Sequence record: OZ196212.1
Length of the DNA: 64,000 nucleotides
Reading direction: 5' to 3' (one strand)
Positions 8,473 through 18,840 of this stretch are shown in pieces. A program made the position numbers and the translations under genes. Each line of letters opens with the position of its first letter. Within the stretch, counting starts at the first letter, position 1. A model generated the notes under the pieces. That model ran no database searches. It was not told the origin of the DNA and saw only the letters and a list, made by a program, of their open reading frames with translations.

Positions 8473-8766
8473 ATGGACTTCGGAAAAGCACTAGAAGCAC
8501 TGAAATCAGGTCAAAAAGTAGCACGCGCAGGTTGGAACGGTCAGGGAATGTTTATCGTTCTTATGCCCGAACTATATCTCCCATCGTTTAACACTCAAGA
8601 CACGTTCAAAAAAGTAAATGATCGAACCGCGAAACACATCGGCAAAGACACTCCACTAGACAGTCAGCCGTATATCGCTATGTTCACATCAGATGAAAAG
8701 TGGCAGCCAGGTTGGGTTGCGTCGCAAGCTGATCTTCTAAGCGAAGATTGGGCGATTGTAGAATAA
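8473..8766 (+). CDS. tad2: DUF2829 / Thoeris anti-defence Tad2-family protein
   Basis: MDFGKALEALKSGQKVARAGWNGQGMF...PYI...WQPGWVASQADLLSEDW family signature. Confidence 0.8.
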   Translation: MDFGKALEALKSGQKVARAGWNGQGMFIVLMPELYLPSFNTQDTFKKVNDRTAKHIGKDTPLDSQPYIAMFTSDEKWQPGWVASQADLLSEDWAIVE

Positions 8767-8805
8767 AAAAAAAGGGCAGTCTGCGTAATGCAAACTGCCC
8801 TTTTT
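8765..8805. terminator. Bidirectional terminator between convergent early and late units
   Basis: A9-GGGCAGT...ACTGCCC-T5. Confidence 0.8.
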
Positions 8806-8817
8806 GTTGGTCACTCG

Positions 8818-9381
8818 TTATTTCTGGTCGGTTAATTTCTCTACCCTAACATCTAACGCGTCAATGCGTTCTTTCAGCATGTCCGCTTCAGAACCAGTAA
8901 ATCGGTCGCTGTTAACTGCCTCAAATTGAGTTTGCACTTTAGCAAGTTCAGCTTCAAAACGCCCATCTTTCTGGTTTCGAGCATCGATCTTGATACCCAA
9001 TTCTTTCTGAGATTCGTACAATGCACCATACGAATTACGCAGATTTTCATCCGCTGCTTGTGATGTTGCTCTTAGAGATTCTACACTTGATCCAAGTCTG
9101 CCGTACTGCACTAACATTTCATCTTGTTTTTTCACGATGAGAGATTGTTGTCCCTCTAGCGAAATAAGTTGCTGTGCTTGTGTAGCATTGGTTAATTTAA
9201 TGTCGGTAATCTCTTCCATAATCGCGTCGTACTGCTTGATGTTGGTCTCGCCTTGCGCTTGCACTATTTCTAGTGCTTCCTGCATTCCACCATACTGAGT
9301 CGCGACGCTCAATGAAGATATTGATAGAGGAATAAGAATCGTCCCAACCACAGCTAATGCCACTTGCCAGAACTTTGTCAT
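8818..9381 (-). CDS. Single-TM coiled-coil late protein (holin or i-spanin candidate)
   Basis: N-terminal TM segment then a long coiled coil. Own TATAAATA promoter; syntenic with T4 gene t (after distal fibre, opposite asiA). Confidence 0.55.
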   Translation of the reverse strand: MTKFWQVALAVVGTILIPLSISSLSVATQYGGMQEALEIVQAQGETNIKQYDAIMEEITDIKLTNATQAQQLISLEGQQSLIVKKQDEMLVQYGRLGSSVESLRATSQAADENLRNSYGALYESQKELGIKIDARNQKDGRFEAELAKVQTQFEAVNSDRFTGSEADMLKERIDALDVRVEKLTDQK

Positions 9382-9421
9382 AGTATTGGTTCCTATGTTC
9401 GTTAATCTTAGTCTTCAATCG

Positions 9422-9429
9422 TATTTATA
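9422..9429 (-). promoter_or_regulatory. Late promoter TATAAATA overlapping the tail-fibre stop codon
   Basis: Plus strand reads TATTTATA at 9422-9429. Confidence 0.75.
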
Positions 9430-12151
9430 AGCCCAGAATTTTCTTCCACCAAGGTTTTCTAAGCTCTTGTACTTCGCTCTGAAGCGTCTCGACTTTCTCG
9501 TTAAGCTCTTTAATCGATTCAATCAAAAGACCGCTTAGATTGCCGTACGCGACGCTTAAATGGTCTTCACCCTCGACAACAGCCTCAGGTAGAACAGCTT
9601 GCACCTCTTGAGCAATCACGCCCGTTTGTCGGTCGCAATCAACATCCGCACGATCAAACGTATACCCGTTCAATTGAGTCACTTTATCAAGAGCATCATC
9701 GATCTTCTCGATGTTCTTCTTCAAGCGAATATCAGAGTATGCAGTAACGTTACCAGAACACGTGAAATCACCGCCAGTCACTGACAGCAAGTTAGACGCT
9801 GAACAATCCAATCGAATATCATAGTCGGCGGTACTATTCGTCGTATGAAAATCAATATATCTCGCGACTTCAAGAACACCCGATGTTGATACCTTTCCTA
9901 GATACTTCCCTGCGATGTCAGCATATGTTTGCAGCGTTGCAAACTCGCTATATTGCGCAAATCGCGCATCAGATTCTGTTTCGGTGTAGTAACGACCATC
10001 ATGCGAGTGACTATCGTTTGCAACAGTAGTCGTAATCGATACTGTTTTGTTTCCACTACCGTCAACTGACATACTAGCAGAACCTGACACGTCACCTGTA
10101 AGTGTCGTTGTCAACGTACGAGCAGTTGTCCATTTATCAGCATTCGGGTGATAGTTGTCCATGAAAATGCGTTGTTGCGCATGATCAGCAGCCGTTGTGC
10201 TCGTGTTGTTTCGATACGCGTAATGCAGTTGGTCAATAGCACCAGTCTCTGAATATAGCGTATGTCTGAACTTCGAGCCGCCATTATGACCCCACTGAAT
10301 CCAGTTGATAAATGCAGTAGTTGGTGCGCCTGCAACATTCGAAGCTGAACCCGTTCTGAATTCATCAGTTTGAGTATTCCAGTTCGCGTTTAGCGGGTCT
10401 AGTCGTGTGTGCATGTGACTATCGTTTGCAACAGTTGTCGTGATCGATACTGTTTTGTTCCCACTACCATCGACTGACATACTAGCAGAACCCGTGACAT
10501 CACCAGTTAGCGTTGTTGTCAACGTTCTTGCAGTTGTCCATTTCGCCGCGCTAGTCGCAGTAGAAGCATTACCCTGAAGTGCACCGACAAATTTAACCGC
10601 ATTCACTGTACCGTCATTCAACGTCATAAAGATGCGTTTAACAAACGAATCAGTTTCGTAGAAATTAACTTCGTTATCAGAGCCGATTTCTAGTGTTCCA
10701 GACGCAGGTCCTTGTCTAACAAACGACCACGCACCGCTAAACCCAGACGCGGCTTCGTTTAGATGACCGAAGTACAGACCTTTATACGAAGATGAACCCC
10801 ACTGAATCGAACCAGTCATAGTATCGCCAGACTTCGCTACATATCCCGCACCGTTGATAGGCGCGAATCGAGAATCAGATTCTGTTTCAGTGTAGTAACG
10901 ACCGTCATGCGAGTGACTATCGTTCGCGACAGTTACTGAAATTGTTGCGTTGGTTGAGCCATCCCATACTACTGAGCCACTAACATCACCTGATAGCGTC
11001 AGCGTACGCGCATTCGTCCATTTATCAGCATTTGGGTGATAGCCGTCATGAAATACACTCTGATTTCTATATCGAGCGTTATTCGCATCGAAATATAGAA
11101 GTTCATGAGACACATCAGCCGATTCGAATGTTACTTGAAATTTACTAGAGTCTGCATCGATTTCATTGTCAATTCCGATGATAAGACCGCCGTCATCGAC
11201 GTAAAAATCAACAACGTCGTCCCCTGTATTCGAATTTGAGTTTCGCTTCAGACGCATACCAGTTAAGTATGACTTAGAATTTACATGTAGTGAACCAGTT
11301 ATCGTGTCGCCTGCAACGTTCACATAACGCGCATCAGATTCCGTTTCAGTGTAATAACGACCATCATGCGAGTGACTATCGTTTGCAACAGTAACAGACA
11401 ATGAAGCATTTGCAGAGCCATCCCATGAAACTGAGCCACTAACGTCACCTGATAGTGTTAGCGTGCGTGCAGTTGTCCACTTATCTGCATTCGGGTGATA
11501 CGCTTCGTGAAATACGCGATTGCCTTGAAACTGGAATGTATTCGGGGTAACGTACAAGCCATTTGTAGTAGTTGTACCAACATACAATTCACCATCAGTG
11601 CGAACGCGAGACGAACCAAAGTAAATACCATCAGTGAACTCACCAGTATCGTTGATTCGTAGCCATGAATCGTACGAGCGAAATGCCGTCTTGCCGCGTA
11701 GATTGAAATTATCAACGTTTAGATTTACGACGTTAGTCTCAATCGACACACGCGTAGTTGATGTTGTATCTTCGCGAACTGTTAAATTGCCACCATCACC
11801 AACCACGAACCATTTCTTCGAATCAGTCCAGTCCAGTAACGTCAGGCGAGGCGAGCTGCCTTGAATTTCAATATCATTACCAGAAGTAGTCAACTTACCG
11901 GTCATTGCATCGCCATCTTTGCGCACGTAACCAGCCGAATGAATCGGGGCAAAGTTCGCATTTGATTCTGTTTTTGTATATGCCGAAGTTGTCCCACCGT
12001 TGCCTAGTTCGCTTGGCAGTGGTGTGTCGTGTTCAGTAAAAACTTTATGACCGTTGTACAGAACTGTTTCGCCTTGAGGATCAAAGCGTAAGTTCCCTCC
12101 GTGCCATACTATGTTACCACCGATTGCGGTAGTAGATCTTAGTTCTGCCAT
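9425..12151 (-). CDS. 37: Long tail fibre distal subunit (gp37-like) with C-terminal S74 intramolecular chaperone
   Basis: Repeated HPNADKWTTARTL and ANDSHSHDGRYYTETE modules; NVTAYSDIRLKKNI...GVIAQEVQAVLPEAV chaperone domain. Confidence 0.82.
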   Translation of the reverse strand: MAELRSTTAIGGNIVWHGGNLRFDPQGETVLYNGHKVFTEHDTPLPSELGNGGTTSAYTKTESNANFAPIHSAGYVRKDGDAMTGKLTTSGNDIEIQGSSPRLTLLDWTDSKKWFVVGDGGNLTVREDTTSTTRVSIETNVVNLNVDNFNLRGKTAFRSYDSWLRINDTGEFTDGIYFGSSRVRTDGELYVGTTTTNGLYVTPNTFQFQGNRVFHEAYHPNADKWTTARTLTLSGDVSGSVSWDGSANASLSVTVANDSHSHDGRYYTETESDARYVNVAGDTITGSLHVNSKSYLTGMRLKRNSNSNTGDDVVDFYVDDGGLIIGIDNEIDADSSKFQVTFESADVSHELLYFDANNARYRNQSVFHDGYHPNADKWTNARTLTLSGDVSGSVVWDGSTNATISVTVANDSHSHDGRYYTETESDSRFAPINGAGYVAKSGDTMTGSIQWGSSSYKGLYFGHLNEAASGFSGAWSFVRQGPASGTLEIGSDNEVNFYETDSFVKRIFMTLNDGTVNAVKFVGALQGNASTATSAAKWTTARTLTTTLTGDVTGSASMSVDGSGNKTVSITTTVANDSHMHTRLDPLNANWNTQTDEFRTGSASNVAGAPTTAFINWIQWGHNGGSKFRHTLYSETGAIDQLHYAYRNNTSTTAADHAQQRIFMDNYHPNADKWTTARTLTTTLTGDVSGSASMSVDGSGNKTVSITTTVANDSHSHDGRYYTETESDARFAQYSEFATLQTYADIAGKYLGKVSTSGVLEVARYIDFHTTNSTADYDIRLDCSASNLLSVTGGDFTCSGNVTAYSDIRLKKNIEKIDDALDKVTQLNGYTFDRADVDCDRQTGVIAQEVQAVLPEAVVEGEDHLSVAYGNLSGLLIESIKELNEKVETLQSEVQELRKPWWKKILGL

Positions 12152-12222
12152 GTTATTGTCTCAGTTGTTCATTTATCATGTATTTATGCAGATATAAAAA
12201 AAGCCCCTTTCGGAGCTTTTCG

Positions 12223-13803
12223 TTATTTGAAAAGTCGTTTCCACCAAGGCTTCTTCAACTCATCAATTTGTTGTTGCTGTTCTTTGATCGCTTCGATTAG
12301 CAAGCCAACCATGTTCCCGTACGCGACGCTTAAGTGCTCTTTCCCTTCGACTACAGCCTCAGGAAGAACCGCTTGTACCTCTTGAGCAATTACACCCGTC
12401 TGTCTGCTATACTCGTTGTTATCATCATTCGTACGGTTGTACGTGATACCACGAATCTGTTTCACTTTCTCAAGTGGATTTTCGATAACTTCAATATCAG
12501 TCTTCAGTGCAATATCTGAATAAGCAGTGATGTTACCATAACAGTAGAAATCAGCAGCATTTGTAGATGAAGTCCCTGACAATATCAAGCCATTGCTTTC
12601 GTGTCGCAATTGGCATGCAGTATGCCCAGCTCTATGGAAGCCCATCGACGCGTCGCCCGCATCGCTATTCTGAATTTCAAACTGACCAGTCGTATAATTT
12701 GGAGTCGAGCCGACGTTATTCACGATCGACAGCTTGCCAGTCATCGTGTCGCCCGCTTTGTACGTATAGCGTGCATTCGATTCTGTCTCAGTATAATAGC
12801 GACCATCATGCGTGTGACTATCGTTCGCAACAGTAACTGTTAGTGTTTGATTAGCCGAACCATCGATTGAAACACTACCACTTGCATCACCGCCTAATGT
12901 GATTGTACGAGCAGTCGCCCATTTCGTTGCAGACGATGCATTACCCGATAACGCTCCACTAAACGTTCCGGCAGTCACTGTACCCGTAACAGTGACACCA
13001 CTTGTTGTAGTTTCAAGTTTCGTGCTGCTATTGTAATAAAGACGAATGCCTGCACTGTCAGTTGCTTGCCACAACCATACATTACTAGTGTCATCATACA
13101 GACCACACGTAGTACCATCAGCCATCAACGACCAAACTGTCTCACTTGCGGTATTGTCAATGCATATACCAGCCCACCCCGACGTTTGCGACTCAACCAC
13201 TAGCAGGTCTGGTCGATGAGAAGCTTCACCGAGTTTAACACCAGACCCCAATGTGATTGACGTACCACTCAGATTCGTAAATGTATCAGTTGCATCAGAA
13301 CGCAAAAACGATGTTGAATTGATGCCATCCAGCAACTGAGCATCGGCTGCTTTTGCAACAGTCACAGACAATGAAGCATTTGCAGAGCCGTCCCAAGACA
13401 CAGAACCGCTCACATCGCCCGTCAGCGTCAACGTACGAGCCGTTGTCCACTTATCTGCGTTAGGGTGGTACGTATCATGAAACACGCGCTGACCCGTTGC
13501 ATAGATTTCCCCCTCGACTTGCAAGTTAACCGTCGCAGCAGTCGAGCCACTTGAACGCAAGATTAGCGCCTGACCAGACCCGTATATATCACCGTCAGTG
13601 ATTTCGTGAATCAACTCAGCATTTTGAGCTGCGCTAGTTGTCCACTCGATGCCGGAATTTCCTGTAGCGTAGTTAGTTTCTTCTATAACGAGGCGAGTGC
13701 TCACACCGCTAACAACTAAACTTTCGACACTTACATCTTTCAAAGACGCGATTCCGGTCACGTCGATGCTACCATATACTTTAGTAGGGCCTAACTTAGC
13801 CAT
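12223..13803 (-). CDS. Second tail fibre / receptor-binding protein with S74 chaperone
   Basis: Same repeat modules and a near-identical S74 C-terminus (…KPWWK). Different N-terminal anchor (MAKLGPTKVYGSIDVTG). TATAAATA upstream at ~13837-13844. Confidence 0.8.
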   Translation of the reverse strand: MAKLGPTKVYGSIDVTGIASLKDVSVESLVVSGVSTRLVIEETNYATGNSGIEWTTSAAQNAELIHEITDGDIYGSGQALILRSSGSTAATVNLQVEGEIYATGQRVFHDTYHPNADKWTTARTLTLTGDVSGSVSWDGSANASLSVTVAKAADAQLLDGINSTSFLRSDATDTFTNLSGTSITLGSGVKLGEASHRPDLLVVESQTSGWAGICIDNTASETVWSLMADGTTCGLYDDTSNVWLWQATDSAGIRLYYNSSTKLETTTSGVTVTGTVTAGTFSGALSGNASSATKWATARTITLGGDASGSVSIDGSANQTLTVTVANDSHTHDGRYYTETESNARYTYKAGDTMTGKLSIVNNVGSTPNYTTGQFEIQNSDAGDASMGFHRAGHTACQLRHESNGLILSGTSSTNAADFYCYGNITAYSDIALKTDIEVIENPLEKVKQIRGITYNRTNDDNNEYSRQTGVIAQEVQAVLPEAVVEGKEHLSVAYGNMVGLLIEAIKEQQQQIDELKKPWWKRLFK

Positions 13804-13839
13804 AAGATTCCTCGTAAAAAAATTAATTCAATGAGATAT

Positions 13840-16800
13840 TTATACCTCATTGAACTCATTGAACATAGCGTCACCATTTGCACCGAAGCTCACATTCCCA
13901 TTATAGTCAACATCTTCACCGTAACTCGGAAGCAGGGGCATTGACTCAGAGCCAGAAAGCAACTCTTCTAGTGTCGGTTGACTGCCGTCCATTACGTCGA
14001 TTCGGGGTCTATAAAAGAACTGTTCAGTGTCAGTAGCAGAGCTTTGATACATAAACGCACGCATGTAGTTTTCAGTTGCACCGTCACCCATTGCGTAGTT
14101 CGTATTAATGCTACTCAAACGATTCCCGTCAACATCGTATATGCCATGATCAATATACGTGTCGTTGTCAGTCGTTCCGTTTGCATATACGTAAGCAACA
14201 AGAAGCACCCATTCATTGTCAAAGTAATTTGTACCGTAATCAAAGTATGGATTCGTGTTTGCAGATCCACTCAAGTTATTTGTCCTTGACCCATTACACC
14301 CAACATACCAGTTGCCGTTACCACTCACGCTACGTCGCATCCACAGAGTAAATCTATGATGCTTCGCAGGGTTCATATTAACGTCATGTGCATAAAATCC
14401 ACCTGATTGAGTCGTCGAATCTTCTTTATAACCGCGCCACATCACGTCGTCTTCACCCCATGGGTTTTTCGCAACTGCAATGATCGCATTAGAGCCATAC
14501 ACATCAAATCCCGGCTGACTTCCTGTGGTTTCTAATGTCCATGTTGAATAGTCAAGCAATCCCGGACGATAATAGCTCTCGACTATCTCACCTGCGTGCA
14601 TAACACCATCTTTAGTAACTTGCGGCTTATGAAATCCACCAGTCGCAGCGTATTCTTTCGTGTAGTACGAAATTGAACCACTTGAAGCATCATAACGACG
14701 TCCATCAGAGAACTGAGTCAACAACTCGCCATTCTTGATGCCGATGAAACCCCATGTACCGCGAGACGCAATCGCATGATTCTCAGTGACCCCGAAGTAT
14801 CGTTCGAAATATTCACGCAGTGTACCATCTTGCGTCGTACTTGCATCACATCGAGCAGCAGTCATCAGCCAACCATCTTCCATTCGATCAATCGCGTCTT
14901 TTAGATGATTCGCAGCGGCTTGTGCTGAATCAGGAACATCGTTTGCCGAAGCGACAATCACTTCACCGTCGAACTCGTAATATTGAGCCGTTGTTCCAGA
15001 ATACGTATCAAGACCACCGAACGCACGAAGCGTCATTGTTTGATCGAATATACAGAAGTTAATACCGCGCCAAGAGTCAATATTACCCACCTTAACACCA
15101 TTCAAATACGTGCCAGTATTGCCGCTTGAGCTGCTTCGAATCATCAGCGTATTTTCACCGTCATGGTCCCAACCCTCTTGAAACTCTACTGCATGTGCAT
15201 TGCCTAGATTATCAACAGACGCCTTCACGTTGTACAAACGAGAAACTTCATCGACTGACAGTGCTTTACCATGAATCGAAACTTCAGTAATATCGCCATT
15301 GAACGTAGCACCAGTCGTACTAGAATAAGGGTGCATATTCGCGCCAATAGTCCATACGTAGTTTTCTAGCGGCTGAATCACGCCTTCGCTATCAAGCGAG
15401 TTTGCAACTTCACGCACACCATCGACAAACATGTTAGCTAATCGCGTATCGTAATCAAACGTCCATACATAGTGATGCCATTCGCCATCATTAGTATGCG
15501 TCGAACAAATCGGGTCACTTGAACCCCAACCGTGCATTCTAAATCGATTGCCTTCAAGACACAGCAAAATAGCACCACCAGAGACTTGACTTCCCTCAGT
15601 ATAAATGCCATCATCGTATTTCATGAATGGGTTACGATTATCACCTTGTGTTGTTCTAGCCCAGAATGCAACTGATACTTGACGCGACATGTGATTCGCA
15701 GTTGTTCGAATATGTCTTCGAATATCATTCCAACCAGTACGTCCCGAAGACGGGAAGTGAAAATGACCAGAACCGCGTTCAGTGTCGTTCTCAACATAAG
15801 ATGGCGCATAGTCGTATTCAAGAAGAGCATTGTTCTCTAGACCAGTCATATCAGAGACGATAACATCGTCAGCACTGAATTTGCGATATGGGTTTGCCAC
15901 GTCACGATGGCATTCAAATTGAATGTCTTTCGCTTCCATCGTCGCGCCCTCGACTGAGTAATGACCATAGAAGTAAATCGTAATAGAACGATTCACATCA
16001 GTGTCAGAGCCAACAGTCGTCGTATACGATTTGCGTTCCCATTCACCTGCAACGTTTTGCGTGTGTGTTATCTTACCAGATTCCCACTTTGTAGAGTTAT
16101 CAGCTCGACGCGTGTAAAATCCAACGTTGAACGTCGCGCCAGTGTGAGTTGAACGCTGCGTCCATGAGACTGTGATTCGGTCGCCAACTTCAAGACCATA
16201 ATCAACTAAATTCCCATGACCGCATGAGATACCCATCCAACGATCCCCGTAACCAAAACGCTGATTATCATTGATATGGCGCATTACAGCTTTACCGTCA
16301 ATATTCACCCATTTCGCGTGATAGCCAATTTCCGGATCAGGGACGCCGCCATTGTAGCCACTTGACCAACTTTCACACAAGATCGCGTCTTTGTTCAGTT
16401 CAGTGTCCCATGTTCCGTTGACGTACGCAGCACCCGGTAGAAAATCAGGGTTACGCGTGCTGTTACGCGGTAGAAACTCGTTCGCCCCGTTCATGTTCCA
16501 CTTTGCAACTGTCCCAAGTGCGATGTCTTTCATTTCACGATCTGAAATCGCGTTGTCGTAAAAGCGAACATCTTGCAATCGCACACGAGCACTCGTGTGA
16601 GCAATCAATGTCACTGCCCCAGTAGGTGGTGATATATCATTCGATACGTTAAACATACGATCAAACTCTGCGTTGATGTATATGCTAACTCTCGTCGGAG
16701 TTCTGCGTATTGTTACGTGATGCCAATCAGCAATAGGCCCGACCCGATAATTGGTTGTAACAACCCCATTACCACTAGTTGCGCCATTGAACCAGTTACA

Positions 16801-17124
16801 CCAGTAATCATATTGATTGACATCATCATCAATATTACCACGCTCAAAACGCACCGTTGCTGCGCCAGTCGATGGTTGATAGCTAACAATGTCAGCCCAA
16901 TCAGACCCATCAGAATCACCTTGCACCCAGAAACACAATGTAGCCTCGTCGCCTGAGAGAACTTGATCAAGTTGTTCATTTTTATCGATGTGCAATGTAC
17001 TCTCAAGTACATTGCCCCCAATCACACCATTTCCGCTTGTCGAATTTGCACCATGTGCGTGATTCTCAAACCCACTCCAGTCATTGGTGTCTTTGTGGAG
17101 CGGGTACCATGCTAATAATGCCAT
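13840..17124 (-). CDS. Large tail-associated lectin-fold protein (LamG/concanavalin domains, ILEI-like domain)
   Basis: Two LamG-like segments (WHHVTIRR..IYINAEF; WHHYVWTF..MFVDGV), an ILEI-like RGINF…WGFIG segment, and recurring xxDxxGxxxxxEFxE linkers. Confidence 0.7.
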   Translation of the reverse strand: MALLAWYPLHKDTNDWSGFENHAHGANSTSGNGVIGGNVLESTLHIDKNEQLDQVLSGDEATLCFWVQGDSDGSDWADIVSYQPSTGAATVRFERGNIDDDVNQYDYWCNWFNGATSGNGVVTTNYRVGPIADWHHVTIRRTPTRVSIYINAEFDRMFNVSNDISPPTGAVTLIAHTSARVRLQDVRFYDNAISDREMKDIALGTVAKWNMNGANEFLPRNSTRNPDFLPGAAYVNGTWDTELNKDAILCESWSSGYNGGVPDPEIGYHAKWVNIDGKAVMRHINDNQRFGYGDRWMGISCGHGNLVDYGLEVGDRITVSWTQRSTHTGATFNVGFYTRRADNSTKWESGKITHTQNVAGEWERKSYTTTVGSDTDVNRSITIYFYGHYSVEGATMEAKDIQFECHRDVANPYRKFSADDVIVSDMTGLENNALLEYDYAPSYVENDTERGSGHFHFPSSGRTGWNDIRRHIRTTANHMSRQVSVAFWARTTQGDNRNPFMKYDDGIYTEGSQVSGGAILLCLEGNRFRMHGWGSSDPICSTHTNDGEWHHYVWTFDYDTRLANMFVDGVREVANSLDSEGVIQPLENYVWTIGANMHPYSSTTGATFNGDITEVSIHGKALSVDEVSRLYNVKASVDNLGNAHAVEFQEGWDHDGENTLMIRSSSSGNTGTYLNGVKVGNIDSWRGINFCIFDQTMTLRAFGGLDTYSGTTAQYYEFDGEVIVASANDVPDSAQAAANHLKDAIDRMEDGWLMTAARCDASTTQDGTLREYFERYFGVTENHAIASRGTWGFIGIKNGELLTQFSDGRRYDASSGSISYYTKEYAATGGFHKPQVTKDGVMHAGEIVESYYRPGLLDYSTWTLETTGSQPGFDVYGSNAIIAVAKNPWGEDDVMWRGYKEDSTTQSGGFYAHDVNMNPAKHHRFTLWMRRSVSGNGNWYVGCNGSRTNNLSGSANTNPYFDYGTNYFDNEWVLLVAYVYANGTTDNDTYIDHGIYDVDGNRLSSINTNYAMGDGATENYMRAFMYQSSATDTEQFFYRPRIDVMDGSQPTLEELLSGSESMPLLPSYGEDVDYNGNVSFGANGDAMFNEFNEV

Positions 17125-17133
17125 TGTATTACC

Positions 17134-18768
17134 TTATGCAAAAATAAAGTCAATTGAGTTCGTTGAAGAATTGTACTCAATCGACGCTGTTCCATCGTCA
17201 AATTTCATTTCAGAACGACCATCGTGTTGCACGATACTATCGTTGTACGTCATTGCGTCTGTATTACTCGCACTTGATGTTGAATCAATTCGAAGCGTAT
17301 TCCTACTACCTGCACCTGCACGCAATTCGATACCCTCAGTCGGACCCGTGCCGTCACCATCAGCTTGTATGATTACACTCGCATTACTTTGCAATGTCGG
17401 ACCCGCATTACCGCCCATCAAATCTAAGAAGTAACCAGTTGATGTACCGACAACCCACGCACTACCCATCGTCAAGTTACCAGTCATTGTGTCGCCCGAT
17501 GCGTTTACATAACGACCATCAAGTTTTGACGTGTAGTTGCCCATGTGAACAACATCATGTCCGTTAAACTCAAGCGAATTCACATTAGCTGCGCCACCTG
17601 CTACGCGTAGCGTATTCAAACCAGCTTTCAAGTTCAAGTATCGAGTAGTTTCATTATCGTTCGAGTCTGCTTCGATTGTGATGTCACCAACCGACTCCAT
17701 CCAAATATTCGTCGAATTGAATTTCAATGCGTAGCTCGAAGACTCACCCTCGAATCCGTAACCCGAATCAAATGTGATATTCGACCCCTTCATGTCCAAG
17801 CCACCGTTGGCAAGAAATTCCCACTTGTTACCAGTCATTCGGTTACCACGAACGCTAATCAACGAGCCGCTTGCCTCACCTAGATACGTCGTGTCTGAAT
17901 AAAGATACGTCGTACCAACACTTGATTGAATGTAGAAATCACCATCTTTGAACGCTGTACGACCCGCAAGATCGCTGAAGAAATAGCCATTGCCTTTAGT
18001 ATCACCGATATACAAACGTTCGTCGGCAATCAAATGATTTGATGCACGAATGTTACCGATACCCTTCCATTCATATGAGTTCATACCCAAACGCGTGAAC
18101 TGAACGATATCATCACCATTATCGTTATTGATGTATCGGACGTTACCGTCTGCAATAGTCCCACCGAAAGTCATCCACGTGCCACCAGTACCGCTGTACT
18201 CAATAGAACTCTTGGCGTCAATCCCCGCGTTGAATATCACAGCACCGGTAAACGTATCGCCTGCAACGTTAGCATAACGACCGTCTAGTGTTGAGTTAAT
18301 GTTGTCAGTGTGCAGCATCATTCGATGAGCTGAACCGTCATAATACTGAAATTCACCGTCATGACCGAACTGCCAGTATTTCGGGTTCGAACCGTACGTA
18401 CTTGCAATTCTCAACTCATTGCCCGTTAGCCCCGACGTGGTCCCGACGTAACGAATTTCCCACGAATATGATGTACTAGCCGTACCATTACCCATCGCAA
18501 TCCAGTTGTCATAACCGCCAAGGTCGGGGTGTGTTAAGTCTAGAGCACATCCATTAATGACAGGGATGTTTAACGTACCAGACATCGTATCACCGCTACG
18601 CTTAACAACAGATTCGGTCAAATCAGTATGCGGGTCTGGCTTATCGTTTTCGGTGAATACTTTATAGCCGTCGTAAAGTACAGTCTCGCCCTGTGGGTCA
18701 AAACGTAAATTACCTCCATGCCATACTATGTTACCGCCAATTGCGGTAGTTGATCTTAATTCTGCCAT
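17134..18768 (-). CDS. Tail fibre subunit sharing the gp37-like N-terminus
   Basis: First 32 aa identical to the 908-aa fibre. Ends in a YNSSTNSIDFIFA adaptor-type motif. Start set at ATG 18768 from SD spacing. Confidence 0.75.
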   Translation of the reverse strand: MAELRSTTAIGGNIVWHGGNLRFDPQGETVLYDGYKVFTENDKPDPHTDLTESVVKRSGDTMSGTLNIPVINGCALDLTHPDLGGYDNWIAMGNGTASTSYSWEIRYVGTTSGLTGNELRIASTYGSNPKYWQFGHDGEFQYYDGSAHRMMLHTDNINSTLDGRYANVAGDTFTGAVIFNAGIDAKSSIEYSGTGGTWMTFGGTIADGNVRYINNDNGDDIVQFTRLGMNSYEWKGIGNIRASNHLIADERLYIGDTKGNGYFFSDLAGRTAFKDGDFYIQSSVGTTYLYSDTTYLGEASGSLISVRGNRMTGNKWEFLANGGLDMKGSNITFDSGYGFEGESSSYALKFNSTNIWMESVGDITIEADSNDNETTRYLNLKAGLNTLRVAGGAANVNSLEFNGHDVVHMGNYTSKLDGRYVNASGDTMTGNLTMGSAWVVGTSTGYFLDLMGGNAGPTLQSNASVIIQADGDGTGPTEGIELRAGAGSRNTLRIDSTSSASNTDAMTYNDSIVQHDGRSEMKFDDGTASIEYNSSTNSIDFIFA

Positions 18769-18800
18769 TAGCATAATCCCATTTATTAGATATATGCTTG

Positions 18801-18808
18801 TATTTAGT
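18801..18808 (-). promoter_or_regulatory. Late promoter variant ACTAAATA for the tail-fibre operon
   Basis: TAAATA core just downstream of terminator 18816-18840. Confidence 0.55.
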
Positions 18809-18815
18809 ATAGCCG

Positions 18816-18840
18816 AAAAAAAGGACGCTATCTGCGTCCT
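18816..18840 (-). terminator. Rho-independent terminator
   Basis: AGGACGCAGATAGCGTCCTTTTTTT on minus strand; near-identical hairpin at 30644-30668. Confidence 0.75.

Noticed and set aside
9425-18768. Diversity-generating retroelement or invertase-driven fibre switching
   Set aside because: No reverse transcriptase, no template/variable repeat pair with A-specific mismatches, no recombinase, and all fibre genes are co-oriented.
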